Source: an uncultured bacterium
Lineage (GTDB): Bacteria > Muiribacteriota > UBA6191
Assembly: GCA_964503595.1 (NCBI GenBank)
Contig: CAZDAM010000003.1
Location: 5,844 to 69,843, forward strand
Length of the DNA stretch: 64,000 nucleotides
Direction: 5' to 3'
In this document: positions 9,207-18,511 of the stretch, one piece after another
Layout: every line of letters starts with the position of its first letter
Position numbering within the stretch: position 1 is the first letter of the stretch
Notes under the pieces: model-generated
Told to the model about the DNA's origin: nothing
What the model saw: the letters and a program-made list of their open reading frames with translations, nothing else
Database searches by the model: none
Made by a program: the position numbers and the translations under genes

Positions 9207-10123
9207 AGCCTGTCATTGGGATTACGCTTGGGGACCCGGCCGGCATTGGTCCGGAAATTGTTGCCAGGGCTCTTGAGAATCTTCTGGATAAAATGTCTTC
9301 CAGGATTCTGATTCTGGGTCATCCAGGGCTCTTGCCAGACAGGTATCGTCCTCTCTGTCATAGCAAGGTGGACTGGGATGAAGAAATCCGGATTGGTGAG
9401 GAGAGTCCGGCTTCCGGCAGGATGGCCTGGAGCTGGCTTCAGGAATCTGTTCAGATGGCCAGGGACGGCAAGATTCAGGGCATTGTCAATGGCCCGGTCA
9501 GCAAGAAGGCGATTGCCTTTCATATTTCCGGATTTGTCGGTCAGACCGGCTTCTATGCCGAGGAGCTGGGTACAGAAAAGCCGGTTCTGATGTCCTTTTG
9601 GGGAAAGCGGATGAATCTCTGTCTTCTGACCCATCACATCCCCCTGAATCGGGTTTCCGATGAGATTCAGAAGCTTCCTCTTGTGGAGATGTTCAGAACG
9701 GGGATGGAGGGGTTTGAGGCTCTTCTGGGTTCTTCCATTCAGGCCGTAGTGGCAGGAGTCAATCCGCATGCCGGCGAGGGGGGTCTTCTGGATTGTGGCA
9801 CGGATCGGGAAATTGCCCGAGCGGTTCAGACCTGCCAGCAGCAGGGTTACGCAATTGAGGGACCACTTCCGGGTGACACTCTTTTCACACCTCAGGCACT
9901 GAAGCGTTTCAACCTGATCTTCGCGGCCCATCACGATCAGGGGCTGGCGCCTTTCAAGGCCATGCATCCCTTTGAGGGACTGGGTATCAGCATCGGCCTC
10001 TCTGTTCCCAGAATGACGGTGGACCACGGAACTGCCTTTGAGCTGGCTGGCAAGGGAATTGCCTCTTCGCAGTCCATGGAGGATGCTTTATGGATGATGG
10101 ATCAGATGCTGATGAGAAGATGA
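9203..10123 (+). CDS. pdxA: 4-hydroxythreonine-4-phosphate dehydrogenase PdxA
   Basis: 'KPVIGITLGDPAGIGPEIV' N-terminus and 'HDQGLAPFKA' are PdxA hallmarks. Start taken as in-frame TTG at 9203; the track start at 9119 overlaps the upstream gene. Confidence 0.75.
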   Translation: MKPVIGITLGDPAGIGPEIVARALENLLDKMSSRILILGHPGLLPDRYRPLCHSKVDWDEEIRIGEESPASGRMAWSWLQESVQMARDGKIQGIVNGPVSKKAIAFHISGFVGQTGFYAEELGTEKPVLMSFWGKRMNLCLLTHHIPLNRVSDEIQKLPLVEMFRTGMEGFEALLGSSIQAVVAGVNPHAGEGGLLDCGTDREIARAVQTCQQQGYAIEGPLPGDTLFTPQALKRFNLIFAAHHDQGLAPFKAMHPFEGLGISIGLSVPRMTVDHGTAFELAGKGIASSQSMEDALWMMDQMLMRR

Positions 10124-10125
10124 AC

Positions 10126-11883
10126 TCAGCCGTGCTGCACGGATTTGTGGTGCAGAGCTTTTCGATAGGATCGCATGATGTCTTTCTTGAAGACGAGTCC
10201 GGAGAAGCGCCCCTGGCGGTCCAGAACTCTCAGATATTTGACTTCTTCCATTAGAAACCGGTCGTGGGCCACCAGAATGGGGTCATCCTCACAGACAGAT
10301 TCATCATTGATGACCATGGCCTCGCTGGCCGTGCACCTCAGTCCCTTCTTGGCGTCCAGAATAAAGGGAGTCAGATCGTAATGGGTGATGGTGCCGACTC
10401 GTCCGGTGGATTCATCCTCGACGATCAGATAACCATCCTTGGTCTGGTTCAGCCTGGTCAGAACCTGAAAAAGGGGCAGGTCGCCCCTTACCCGATCAAA
10501 GGCTTTCTCCATCAGATCCCGGACGTGATAGGTCCTCAGGATATCCAGATCGTGTCCGTCCTTGAGGTGAATCCCTTTTTCCCAGAGTTTGATGGAGTAG
10601 ATGGATAGCTCATAGATGCTGCGGGCAGCAATGACGGCGGAGATGCTGCCGGCCATCAGGGGTAGAATGATGGTGTACTGATGGGACATTTCACAAAGAA
10701 CCAGAATCGCGGCAATCGGGCCATGAGTGGTTCCGGAAACGAAGGCGGCCATACCGACCATGACATAGATTTCCAGTTCGGCGACCGGGAGATAGGGGCT
10801 CAGAAAACCGTGGAGGGCGGCACCGGTAATGGCACCCATGACAAGGGATGGAAAGAATACGCCGCCAGAGCCGCCGGAACCCAGGGTGATGGAAGTGCAA
10901 AGAATCTTGAGAAGAAGCCAGACAATCAGAAGAGCTACCGGAACGGCAGGTTCATGCAGAAGCTGGTGCATGATGAGTTCGCCAGGTCCGGCCATATTGC
11001 CGAACTGAAGAACAATGCACCCAAAGATGAGACCACCCAGAGCCGGTTTGAGCCAGTCGGGAATCCGAATCGAGGCAAAGGCTTTTTCGACAACGCTTAA
11101 GGTGCGGATGAAGAGAACGGAGCATGCTCCACAGAGAACTCCCAAAAGGCCGAACAGGGCAACATCAAGCAGGGTTTCGTGATATTCGACCCCGATATGA
11201 AGCAATGGCTGATTGCCCCCCATACGGTGAAAGGTCACCGCTGAGATGACGGATGCGACAATGATGGGAGTGAAGGTATTCGGGGCAAAGGTACCCAGGA
11301 TCACTTCCAGAGAGAAAAGAACCCCCCCGATGGGGGCATTGAAGGTTGCGGCAATTCCAGCCGCTGCTCCACAGCCTACGAGGATTTTGATGGCATTGGC
11401 CGGAATCTTCAGAAACTGCCCGAGTCCGGAACCCAGGGAGGATCCGATCTGGACAATGGGCCCTTCCATTCCGGCTGAGCCCAGAGAACCAAGGGTCATA
11501 ATGGTTGCCATGAGCTTGGCAGCCGCAATTCTTAAACGGATTACACCGCCCTTCATCAAAACGGCATAGATCACTTCAGGAATTCCATGGCCCTTGGCTT
11601 CACGGGCAAAGGTGTAGACAATCATTCCGCAGATCAGGCCACCGATGGCCGGAATCAAAGGAAACAGCCAGGCGGGCTGACTCTGCTGAAGGGAGACGGA
11701 AAATTCCTGCAGGGTATGAATTCCAGTCTTGAAGACCCAGGCACCAAGAGCAGTGGTGTAGCCAATCAGGGCGGCAAGGACAACCAGAAAATAATGGCTT
11801 GGAATGTGCAGACGGCGAAACAGGAGGTGAATGAACACCCGGAATGTTTTCATGCGTCTGGAATGGGCCATAACAGGGGTCAT
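10126..11883 (-). CDS. ClC family voltage-gated chloride channel/H+-Cl- antiporter with C-terminal CBS pair
   Basis: 'GKEGP' (GMEGPIVQIGS), 'GxFxP' (GGVFFPSL) and GSGIP-type motifs, multiple TM segments, C-terminal CBS-like repeats. Confidence 0.8.
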   Translation of the reverse strand: MTPVMAHSRRMKTFRVFIHLLFRRLHIPSHYFLVVLAALIGYTTALGAWVFKTGIHTLQEFSVSLQQSQPAWLFPLIPAIGGLICGMIVYTFAREAKGHGIPEVIYAVLMKGGVIRLRIAAAKLMATIMTLGSLGSAGMEGPIVQIGSSLGSGLGQFLKIPANAIKILVGCGAAAGIAATFNAPIGGVLFSLEVILGTFAPNTFTPIIVASVISAVTFHRMGGNQPLLHIGVEYHETLLDVALFGLLGVLCGACSVLFIRTLSVVEKAFASIRIPDWLKPALGGLIFGCIVLQFGNMAGPGELIMHQLLHEPAVPVALLIVWLLLKILCTSITLGSGGSGGVFFPSLVMGAITGAALHGFLSPYLPVAELEIYVMVGMAAFVSGTTHGPIAAILVLCEMSHQYTIILPLMAGSISAVIAARSIYELSIYSIKLWEKGIHLKDGHDLDILRTYHVRDLMEKAFDRVRGDLPLFQVLTRLNQTKDGYLIVEDESTGRVGTITHYDLTPFILDAKKGLRCTASEAMVINDESVCEDDPILVAHDRFLMEEVKYLRVLDRQGRFSGLVFKKDIMRSYRKALHHKSVQHG

Positions 11884-11979
11884 TCTACAGGGTATATCTC
11901 AACCATCAAGTACAATTTCTGATGGGTGTAAAAAAAGCTTGCGAAAAGAAGAAGTCTTCTGTATTATCGACCTCCTGAT

Positions 11980-12051
11980 GCGAAAGTAGCGCAGTGGTAG
12001 CGCATCTCGTTGCCAACGAGAGGGTCGTGGGTTCAAATCCCATCTTTCGCT
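11980..12051 (+). tRNA. tRNA-Gly (anticodon GCC)
   Basis: Cloverleaf read by hand: acceptor gcgaaag/ctttcgc, D-arm gcgc-agtggtag-gcgc, anticodon stem tctcg/cgaga with loop ttGCCaa, T-arm gtggg-ttcaaat-cccat. Confidence 0.85.
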
Positions 12052-12057
12052 TGCAAA

Positions 12058-12099
12058 CGCCCGCTGAATCCTAAAGGTTTGGCGGGTATTTTTTTATTC
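12058..12099 (+). terminator. Putative intrinsic terminator after the tRNA
   Basis: cccgc...gcggg hairpin followed by 'tattttttt'. Confidence 0.4.
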
Positions 12100-12196
12100 C
12101 AACCAATCGGATCTGCATTATAGTTGGAATTTTATGCGGTAGAAATGCGGCACGAGGCTTTACACAAATCCAGCATGATCCGAGGATAGCCCTATC

Positions 12197-12226
12197 TTGA
12201 TGAAATACACATGATGTGTGTATAAT
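12197..12226 (+). promoter_or_regulatory. Sigma70-like promoter for hicAB with a palindromic operator in the spacer
   Basis: TTGATG (12197-12202), 18-nt spacer, TATAAT (12221-12226). The spacer contains the perfect inverted repeat acacat-g-atgtgt. Confidence 0.5.
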
Positions 12227-12236
12227 AAAAAGGGGC

Positions 12237-12425
12237 ATGAATAGTCGCGAAATCATCAGAATCCTGAAAAAAGCTGGCTGGTACAGGGTTGAGTCTAATG
12301 GTAGTCACCATCAGTTTAAGCATCCTATGAAGCCCGGGCGTGTGACTGTGCCACACCCAAACAAGGACGTGCCAGTGGGAACTCTGAGAAGCATTGAAAA
12401 ACAGTCAGGGGTAAAGTTTCGGTAG
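12237..12425 (+). CDS. hicA: HicA family mRNA interferase toxin
   Basis: 62-aa 'MNSREIIRILKKAGWYRVESNGSHHQFKH...' is typical HicA. Followed within 10 nt by a HicB-like gene. Confidence 0.8.
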   Translation: MNSREIIRILKKAGWYRVESNGSHHQFKHPMKPGRVTVPHPNKDVPVGTLRSIEKQSGVKFR

Positions 12426-12434
12426 GAGGAGTTC

Positions 12435-12830
12435 ATGAAAATCTATTTTGCTCTAATCCACAAAGAAGAAGACTCTGATTATGGGGTTTCGTTTCCAGAT
12501 TTGCCGGGATGTATTTCGGTTGGCTCTAGTATGCAGGAAGCTTTGAAGATGGCAGAAGAAGCTTTGGCCCTTCATATCAAAGGCATAACAGAGGACGGGG
12601 AGAAAATTCCCGAACCATCTTCCGTAGAAAATATTGCAAGAGATAATGGGGATGCGATAGCGATTGTGGGGATTCCGCATAACCCAATGACCCTGGAAAC
12701 CAAGAGAATCAATATCACGATCCGGCAGGATATTCTTAATGAGATTGATGCTGCCGCAGAGCTTGCCGGAATGAGCCGTTCAGGTTTTCTTGCTTTTTGC
12801 GCCCAGAATCAGATTCAAGGCAAAATATAA
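12435..12830 (+). CDS. hicB: HicB family antitoxin (RNase H-like fold plus C-terminal DNA-binding region)
   Basis: 'MKIYFALIHKEEDSDYGVSFPDLPGCISVGSSMQEALKMAEEALALHI' matches the HicB N-domain. Paired with hicA. Confidence 0.75.
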   Translation: MKIYFALIHKEEDSDYGVSFPDLPGCISVGSSMQEALKMAEEALALHIKGITEDGEKIPEPSSVENIARDNGDAIAIVGIPHNPMTLETKRINITIRQDILNEIDAAAELAGMSRSGFLAFCAQNQIQGKI

Positions 12831-12918
12831 GAATGTCATGGTTCCGGTTTAGAGTTGAGAAGTATCCAAAAGATATAGGCTCCTGTCCAAGGCTTCCCGA
12901 AAATGCTAAGGTTCTGGC

Positions 12919-13380
12919 ATGGAAGAACAAAAGAAACCCTCGTATAAAGCAACTTATATTGCCTGGTTCGGCATTCTGACGAATGAGGCCATCTATCTTC
13001 TGGTCCTGGTTGTTCTGGCTTTCAGTGAAAGCAATTTCCAGGATATTTCCCTTGAAGCTTTGCAATCCTGGCAGGGCTTTGGTGATGTGGGTCAATCGGA
13101 AGTTTTTCTTCCTGTACTTGTTGGTCTGGGTGTGGTTTCCCTCCTTTTGACAGGGGCCTTGCATATCTTCGCCGAGCGCCTGATCGGGGAATGCAGCACT
13201 CCGGAGGAGTTGAGCCGCAAGGTGCTGATTGCCTGCGCGGTCGCATCCATTCCAGCGAACATGGGCCTGGTAATGGCATTGCTGGGTGGAAAAATCCTCT
13301 GGGTGATTCCGTTTTTTGTGCTGACCTTTTACGGAAAGCTGAAGTTCTTTCCCGGTTTTTATCTGCCGAAAAGTGCCTGA
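12919..13380 (+). CDS. Small integral membrane protein, unknown function
   Basis: 153 aa with 3-4 hydrophobic helices; good coding look. Confidence 0.45.
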   Translation: MEEQKKPSYKATYIAWFGILTNEAIYLLVLVVLAFSESNFQDISLEALQSWQGFGDVGQSEVFLPVLVGLGVVSLLLTGALHIFAERLIGECSTPEELSRKVLIACAVASIPANMGLVMALLGGKILWVIPFFVLTFYGKLKFFPGFYLPKSA

Positions 13381-13401
13381 AATGCTAAAATTTCAGGAAG
13401 T

Positions 13402-13812
13402 ATGCGGAATTCTCTTCTGAAAAATCCGGTTTTGCTCCTCCTCCTTCTGGGTTCCCTGTTTTTACGACTGGGGCTTGTTCCACTTGTGGGGGAGGGCTAT
13501 TCCCGCTGCCTGAAATCTGCCGTGCAGAAGGATTGCTGTGAAGGAGGGGGTTTTGAAGACTGTGTTTCTTCGCATGCTCATCATGAGTTTCACCCGGAGG
13601 ACAAGAGTTGCCTTGATCTTCCGTTCTGGGCCGAAGCTGAAGCCAGAGAGTTTCACGTTTCTGGTCTTGATGAAGCTCCCTTGGACTTTTCTTTCCGCCA
13701 GCTCCTGGATTTTCCCCTTGGAGTTTCTTTTGGAAGGCTTGTGCCAAGGGGCCCACCTGATGAGGGGAAATCCTCCCTCTGGCAGTTTCAGACTGTCCGC
13801 CTGCTCATTTAG
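13402..13812 (+). CDS. Secreted Cys/His-rich small protein (putative periplasmic metal-binding protein)
   Basis: Signal peptide (LLLLLLGSLFL), 'CCEGGGFEDC', 'SSHAHHEFHPED'. Confidence 0.4.
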   Translation: MRNSLLKNPVLLLLLLGSLFLRLGLVPLVGEGYSRCLKSAVQKDCCEGGGFEDCVSSHAHHEFHPEDKSCLDLPFWAEAEAREFHVSGLDEAPLDFSFRQLLDFPLGVSFGRLVPRGPPDEGKSSLWQFQTVRLLI

Positions 13813-13894
13813 ATCAGTACAGAGTTTAGCTTTTTGCCAACAATGTACTGACTGACCGGCTCTGGTCCGGTTCCTTATCGAAAATGAGTGGTTC

Positions 13895-14212
13895 ATGAAA
13901 AATTTTCTTCCCGTTCTTGTGATTGTTCTGGCTGGTTTTGCAGCCTGGTTTGTTCCCATGTCTTCGAGTGTGCAGGCTTCAGAGGTCTGTTCGGTTCATC
14001 ATGTTAAGGAGTGTCCTTTCTGCAATCAGGAGCTTGCCCTTAAAAAGGGGATCTGCAAAGAGCATAAAGCTGCTGGCAAGGATATTCCTGAAGCTCTTTG
14101 TTACCTGTGCAACAAGGAACTGAAAAAAGTCTTTATTCAGGAAAAGGACTGGTGCAAAGGCCATTCTGTTCCTGAATCCCAGTGTACGACCTGCCTGATT
14201 CACGGTCACTGA
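13895..14212 (+). CDS. Secreted Cys/His-rich small protein with three CxxC pairs (putative periplasmic metallochaperone)
   Basis: Signal peptide 'MKNFLPVLVIVLAGFAAWFVPMSSSVQA', then 'ECPFCN', 'CYLCN', 'CTTCLIHGH'. Immediately upstream of the RND adaptor gene. Confidence 0.5.
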   Translation: MKNFLPVLVIVLAGFAAWFVPMSSSVQASEVCSVHHVKECPFCNQELALKKGICKEHKAAGKDIPEALCYLCNKELKKVFIQEKDWCKGHSVPESQCTTCLIHGH

Positions 14213-14224
14213 TTCGGAGACAGC

Positions 14225-15463
14225 ATGAAAAACGCCCTGACAATTTTCGGGGCCATGCTGGTCTTTCTGGGAGTTCGTTATATCAAGACTTCCAGAGGGC
14301 CGGAAATGGTTCCTCCTGTACAGAAAACAGAAGAAAATTCCTATGTAAAAATTCCATCGATTGCACCTTTGAGGGCCCGTCGCTCGGAAAGAAAACCAAA
14401 CCCTGACTGTACCCGTGCCATGCAGGTAGTAAGGATTGAGGATCCCGATCTGATCCCAGAGCGCCTTCAGACAATTCTGATTTCCAGTGGGGATTTTTCG
14501 ATTCAAAGATCCTATCCGGCAGAACTGGATTTTTTGCCCAGCAGGCTCAGGCTGATGACAGCTCGCACTGCTTTGACGGTTCTGAATCTCTTTGTGACGG
14601 ATGGAGAGGAAGTTCTAAGTGGTGATGCCCTGCTTGAAGCGGAAAGCCGCGAACTCGCGGATGCCCAGTCAGCCTGGCTGAAGGCCCAAAGAGCCCTTGA
14701 AGTCCAGAAGGAATCTCTTTTTAGAGAAGAAGAGCTGCTCAAGTCCAGTGTGGGTAATCAGAGGGATCTGAGTCAGGCCAGACGGGACTTCATTCAGACC
14801 CAGTTGAACCTGGAGATTGCCGGGCAGAAGCTGGCCTGGTTTGGCTATCAGAAAGAAGAATACGAAGAGCTTGAGAAGCGGCGAACTGTGGATGCCCGCT
14901 TTGTACTGAGGGCAGCTTCACCGGGGAGGGTTCATTCCCTTGAAGTTGTTGTGGGAACCCATGTTGAAGAAGGGCACAATCTGTTAAAAATTGCGGATTC
15001 CTCCCGCTTGAGGGCTCGCATCTGGGTGCCTGTTGGTCAGGCTGACTCCTTTCATAAAGGTCAGCGCTTTGTGGTTCAAAGCCAGAATCGTCAGACCGAA
15101 GGCAGGATTACCGCTGTGCCCTCATTTCTGGACTCCCATACACGCCAGATTGCCGTTTGGGGTGAGTTTGAGAATCAGGATTTTCTCGCCGGAGAATTTG
15201 TAACCGCCGAACTTCAGGAAGAGCTGAAAAACCGGGTTGCGGTTCCTCTTGGGGCCATTCAGTGGGATGGTTGCTGCAATCTGGTCTTTGAGAAAATCGG
15301 GGAGGGTGAATTCCAGCCCCACAAGGTTGTGCTTTATGAGCGGGGGGATTACAAGCAGGTGGTTTCCGGTCTTCAGGAAGGCATGGAAATTGTGACAGAC
15401 GGCGCTTTTGTTCTCAAATCCATTCTGATGCAGTCAGAAATGGGTGATGCCTGCTGCGGGTAG
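14225..15463 (+). CDS. Efflux RND periplasmic adaptor (membrane fusion protein, CzcB/CusB-like)
   Basis: N-terminal TM anchor, coiled-coil hairpin, beta-barrel region, C-terminal 'MQSEMGDACCG'. A 4-nt gap to the downstream CzcA-type pump. Confidence 0.75.
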   Translation: MKNALTIFGAMLVFLGVRYIKTSRGPEMVPPVQKTEENSYVKIPSIAPLRARRSERKPNPDCTRAMQVVRIEDPDLIPERLQTILISSGDFSIQRSYPAELDFLPSRLRLMTARTALTVLNLFVTDGEEVLSGDALLEAESRELADAQSAWLKAQRALEVQKESLFREEELLKSSVGNQRDLSQARRDFIQTQLNLEIAGQKLAWFGYQKEEYEELEKRRTVDARFVLRAASPGRVHSLEVVVGTHVEEGHNLLKIADSSRLRARIWVPVGQADSFHKGQRFVVQSQNRQTEGRITAVPSFLDSHTRQIAVWGEFENQDFLAGEFVTAELQEELKNRVAVPLGAIQWDGCCNLVFEKIGEGEFQPHKVVLYERGDYKQVVSGLQEGMEIVTDGAFVLKSILMQSEMGDACCG

Positions 15464-15466
15464 ATT

Positions 15467-18400
15467 ATGAAGCGCCTGATAGATTTTTCCCTGAAACAGA
15501 AAGCCGCTGTCGTCGTGATTGCTCTTCTGATTATGCTCATGGGGGTTCATTCGGCCCTGAATCTTCCTCTGGACGCCTTTCCGGATACGACACCGGTTAT
15601 GGTCCATGTCAATGCTGAGGCTGAGGGGCTTGGGCCCCTGGAAATTGAAGAGCAGATTCTAAGACCCCTCGAAAGAACCCTGCTGGCCACAGCAGGAGTT
15701 TGGGAAATCAGATCTCTGGCCCGTTTCGGCTTTGGCCAGATCATTCTGATTTTTACGGATGGCACAAAACTCATGCATGCCCGTCAGTCAGTCCTGGAGC
15801 GGTTGAATGGATTTCAACTGGTGGATGGTCTGGCTCCCCCTGAGCTTGGACCACCAGCAACTGGAATGGGCGAGGTTTTCCATTACACCTTAAGTTCTCC
15901 AATCCGGGATTTGAAGAGTCTGATGGATCTTCAGCGTTATGAGCTTGAACCCCGCTTGGCTTCTGTTTCAGGAGTCGCCGAGATCAATGCCTGGGGAGGC
16001 CTTCTGAGGCGGGCTGAAGTTCTTGTGGATCTCAAGAAACTTAGAAAATACGACCTGCGTCTGAAGGATGTCTTTGAGGCGATTCGGAGCCAGGTATCTG
16101 CCCGGGGAGGGGGTGGAATTGCTCTTGGAGGGGAATATCACCTGATCCAGGGTGATACCCGGTATCGAAAACTGGAAGACATTGAGAACGCGGTTGTGAG
16201 CACGGTTGAAGGTATTCCAGTTCTGGTTTCAGATATTGGCCAGGTGATCGACGGGCATGCCCTCAGAAGGGGGGCGGTTTCCATGAACGCAGAGGGAGAG
16301 GTATTGCTTGGACTGGGTTTCATGAGCTTCGAACAGAATGGCCGTGAAGTCAGCAGGGGGTTGGAACAGGCCCTGGAAAGTGCCCGCGATATTCTTCCGG
16401 AAGATGTGAGTACCCAGGTGATTTATTCCAGAGAAACCATCGTGAATGCGGTCTTGCAGACAGCCGGGAGCAATCTGGTTTTTGGTTCAGCTCTGGTATT
16501 TGTCGTTCTTCTGGTGTTTCTGGGAGATCTTCGTGCCGGGTTGATTGTGGCTTTGAGCATGCCCTTCTGTCTTCTGTTTGCCTTCTGTGGAATGAGGGTT
16601 ATCGGGATTCCGGGAACCCTGATGTCACTGGGGGCCATTGATTTTGGGCTGGTGGTGGACTCCAGTGTGATTCTGGTGGAAAACACCTGGCGAAGGCTCA
16701 GGGGAAAACAGGATTGCAATCGGGATGAAACTGTTTCTGAAGCTTCCATGGAAATGCGTCAGGCAACCATCTTCGGAGAGCTGATTCTGATTCTGACCTA
16801 TCTGCCCATTCTCTTTATGGCCGGGGCAGAAGGAAAGCTTTTCAGGCCCATGGCAATCACCATCATGCTGGCATTGGCGGGTTCTTTTCTGTGGTCGATC
16901 TTCATTGTCCCGGTACTTTCCTCCTGGTTTTTGAAGCCCGGGGTTCAGAAAGAAGCCCGTTTTTTGAAACCGCTCAAAATCCTTTACCTGTACTGTCTCA
17001 AGAGTCTTCTTCCCCGCAGGAAAATAGCTGTTGCCTGTGCTTTTCTTGCCCTTATCGGTGGCGGCTTTATGGCATCCCGGTTGGGAGCACGTTACCTGCC
17101 CAGACTGGAAGAAAATACTCTGGTGCTGTCTACAGTAAGAATGCCGGGAATTTCTCTTGAGGAGAATCTGGTGCAGTCGCGGGATCTGGAAGCATATCTG
17201 CTCAGGCGTTTTCCCCATGAAATTCGGGCAGTTTTAACCCGGATAGGGTCGGCCGAACTGGCTACGGATCCCATGGGTCTGGAGCAGGCCGATGTCTTTT
17301 TGGATCTTTTTGATAAAAAGCATTGGAAAAGGGCTCACTCTCAGGTAGAGCTTCAGGAGCTTGTCCGCAGTGAACTGGAGTCTTTTCCGGGCATTAAAAT
17401 CGTGATGACTCAGCCCATTGAAATGAGAATGAATGAGATGGAGGCGGGGATTCGTTCCGATGTGGGGATTCTGATCTATGGAGAAAACTTTCAGGAGTTG
17501 GCCCAAAGAGCATTGGAAGTGGAAGCTCTGGTCAAGACATTGCCGGATGCAGTGGATGTCAGCGCCGAAAAAATCACCGGTGGACCGATGGTAAGAATTC
17601 AGGCCCATCCTTCAGAGCTTGGACGTTATGGTCTGATGGGGGAAGATGTTCTGAATCTGGTGGAAGCGATCGGAGGAGTTCCGGTGAATCTTCTGATACA
17701 GGGAGAAAAGCGCTATGACGTTGTAGTTCGACTGCCTGAAGAGATGCGCCAGGATCCCGAGAAACTCGGGGGTTTGCAGTTGATGACAGAGGCTGGAGGC
17801 CAGATTCGCCTGGATGCTGTTTCTGATGTTGTCATGGAAGATGGGCCAGTGCTGATTTCCCGGGAAAGAACCCGCAGAAGAGTTGTCGTACAAGCTTCTG
17901 TAGCTCATTCGGATGTGGGCGGTTTTGTTACAAGACTCAAGGAACAGCTGGAGCGCTCCCTGGAGTGGAATACGGGGCTTTCCTTTGAGCTTGGAGGTCA
18001 GTTTCGCCATTACGAAAGTGCCCGCAGGGGATTGGTTTTCAGTATTTCCCTGACACTGATTCTGATTTTTTTTCTGCTTCAGGCCAGCACAGGAAATCTT
18101 CGGGATACCTTCTGCATCATGAGCGGGGCTCCGTTCGCTGCTCTTGGAGGTATTCTGGCCCTTTCCCTTATGAATCTTCCCTTTTCGATTTCAGCAGGAG
18201 TCGGTTTTGTGATTGTCTGCGGAGTTTCCATGCTCAATGGCCTGGTGATGATTTCCACTCTTAGAAGAAGAGAAAGGAAATTCCTGAATCGCAGCCTGAT
18301 TCTGGCGGCACTGGAACGCTTGCAGCCGGTTTTGATGACGGCTCTGGTAGCATTCTTCGGGTTTCTTCCGATGGTTTTCAGCAGTGGGATCGGTGCAGAA

Positions 18401-18511
18401 ATTCAGCGACCTCTGGCGGTAGTGGTTGCCGGTGGGGTCATTTCGGATACCTTGCTGACTCTGCTCATTTTGCCCTGTCTTCTGGGGCTTTTTCACAAGG
18501 AGGTGGAATGA
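15467..18511 (+). CDS. czcA: Heavy-metal efflux RND transporter (CzcA/CusA family, HME-RND)
   Basis: 1014 aa, 12-TM RND topology with two large periplasmic loops. HME-type conserved blocks 'AIDFGLVVDSSVILVEN' and 'GAPFAALGGILAL'. Confidence 0.8.
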   Translation: MKRLIDFSLKQKAAVVVIALLIMLMGVHSALNLPLDAFPDTTPVMVHVNAEAEGLGPLEIEEQILRPLERTLLATAGVWEIRSLARFGFGQIILIFTDGTKLMHARQSVLERLNGFQLVDGLAPPELGPPATGMGEVFHYTLSSPIRDLKSLMDLQRYELEPRLASVSGVAEINAWGGLLRRAEVLVDLKKLRKYDLRLKDVFEAIRSQVSARGGGGIALGGEYHLIQGDTRYRKLEDIENAVVSTVEGIPVLVSDIGQVIDGHALRRGAVSMNAEGEVLLGLGFMSFEQNGREVSRGLEQALESARDILPEDVSTQVIYSRETIVNAVLQTAGSNLVFGSALVFVVLLVFLGDLRAGLIVALSMPFCLLFAFCGMRVIGIPGTLMSLGAIDFGLVVDSSVILVENTWRRLRGKQDCNRDETVSEASMEMRQATIFGELILILTYLPILFMAGAEGKLFRPMAITIMLALAGSFLWSIFIVPVLSSWFLKPGVQKEARFLKPLKILYLYCLKSLLPRRKIAVACAFLALIGGGFMASRLGARYLPRLEENTLVLSTVRMPGISLEENLVQSRDLEAYLLRRFPHEIRAVLTRIGSAELATDPMGLEQADVFLDLFDKKHWKRAHSQVELQELVRSELESFPGIKIVMTQPIEMRMNEMEAGIRSDVGILIYGENFQELAQRALEVEALVKTLPDAVDVSAEKITGGPMVRIQAHPSELGRYGLMGEDVLNLVEAIGGVPVNLLIQGEKRYDVVVRLPEEMRQDPEKLGGLQLMTEAGGQIRLDAVSDVVMEDGPVLISRERTRRRVVVQASVAHSDVGGFVTRLKEQLERSLEWNTGLSFELGGQFRHYESARRGLVFSISLTLILIFFLLQASTGNLRDTFCIMSGAPFAALGGILALSLMNLPFSISAGVGFVIVCGVSMLNGLVMISTLRRRERKFLNRSLILAALERLQPVLMTALVAFFGFLPMVFSSGIGAEIQRPLAVVVAGGVISDTLLTLLILPCLLGLFHKEVE

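Noticed and set aside
9173-10027. 284-aa minus-strand ORF antisense to pdxA, and similar antisense ORFs (5740-6465, 22675-23322, 24814-25305, 32531-33388, 33385-33897, 39945-40868, 41872-42558)
   Set aside because: The opposite strand in each case carries a gene with unmistakable family motifs (PdxA, LpxB, ACR3, ChrA, GntR HTH, class-V aminotransferase, HlyD, SapC). The antisense ORFs have Gly/Arg/Pro-rich low-complexity translations.
12057-12200. Possible integrase or att site flanking tRNA-Gly
   Set aside because: No integrase, recombinase or transposase ORF is present near the tRNA. Only a 7-bp inverted repeat (ttccaac...gttggaa) was seen. Island status therefore remains a hypothesis, not a called mobile element.
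14225-18511. Calling the RND pump copper/silver (Cus) or cobalt/zinc/cadmium (Czc) specific
   Set aside because: Substrate specificity of HME-RND pumps cannot be read reliably from the sequence by eye. It is called only as the CzcA/CusA family.
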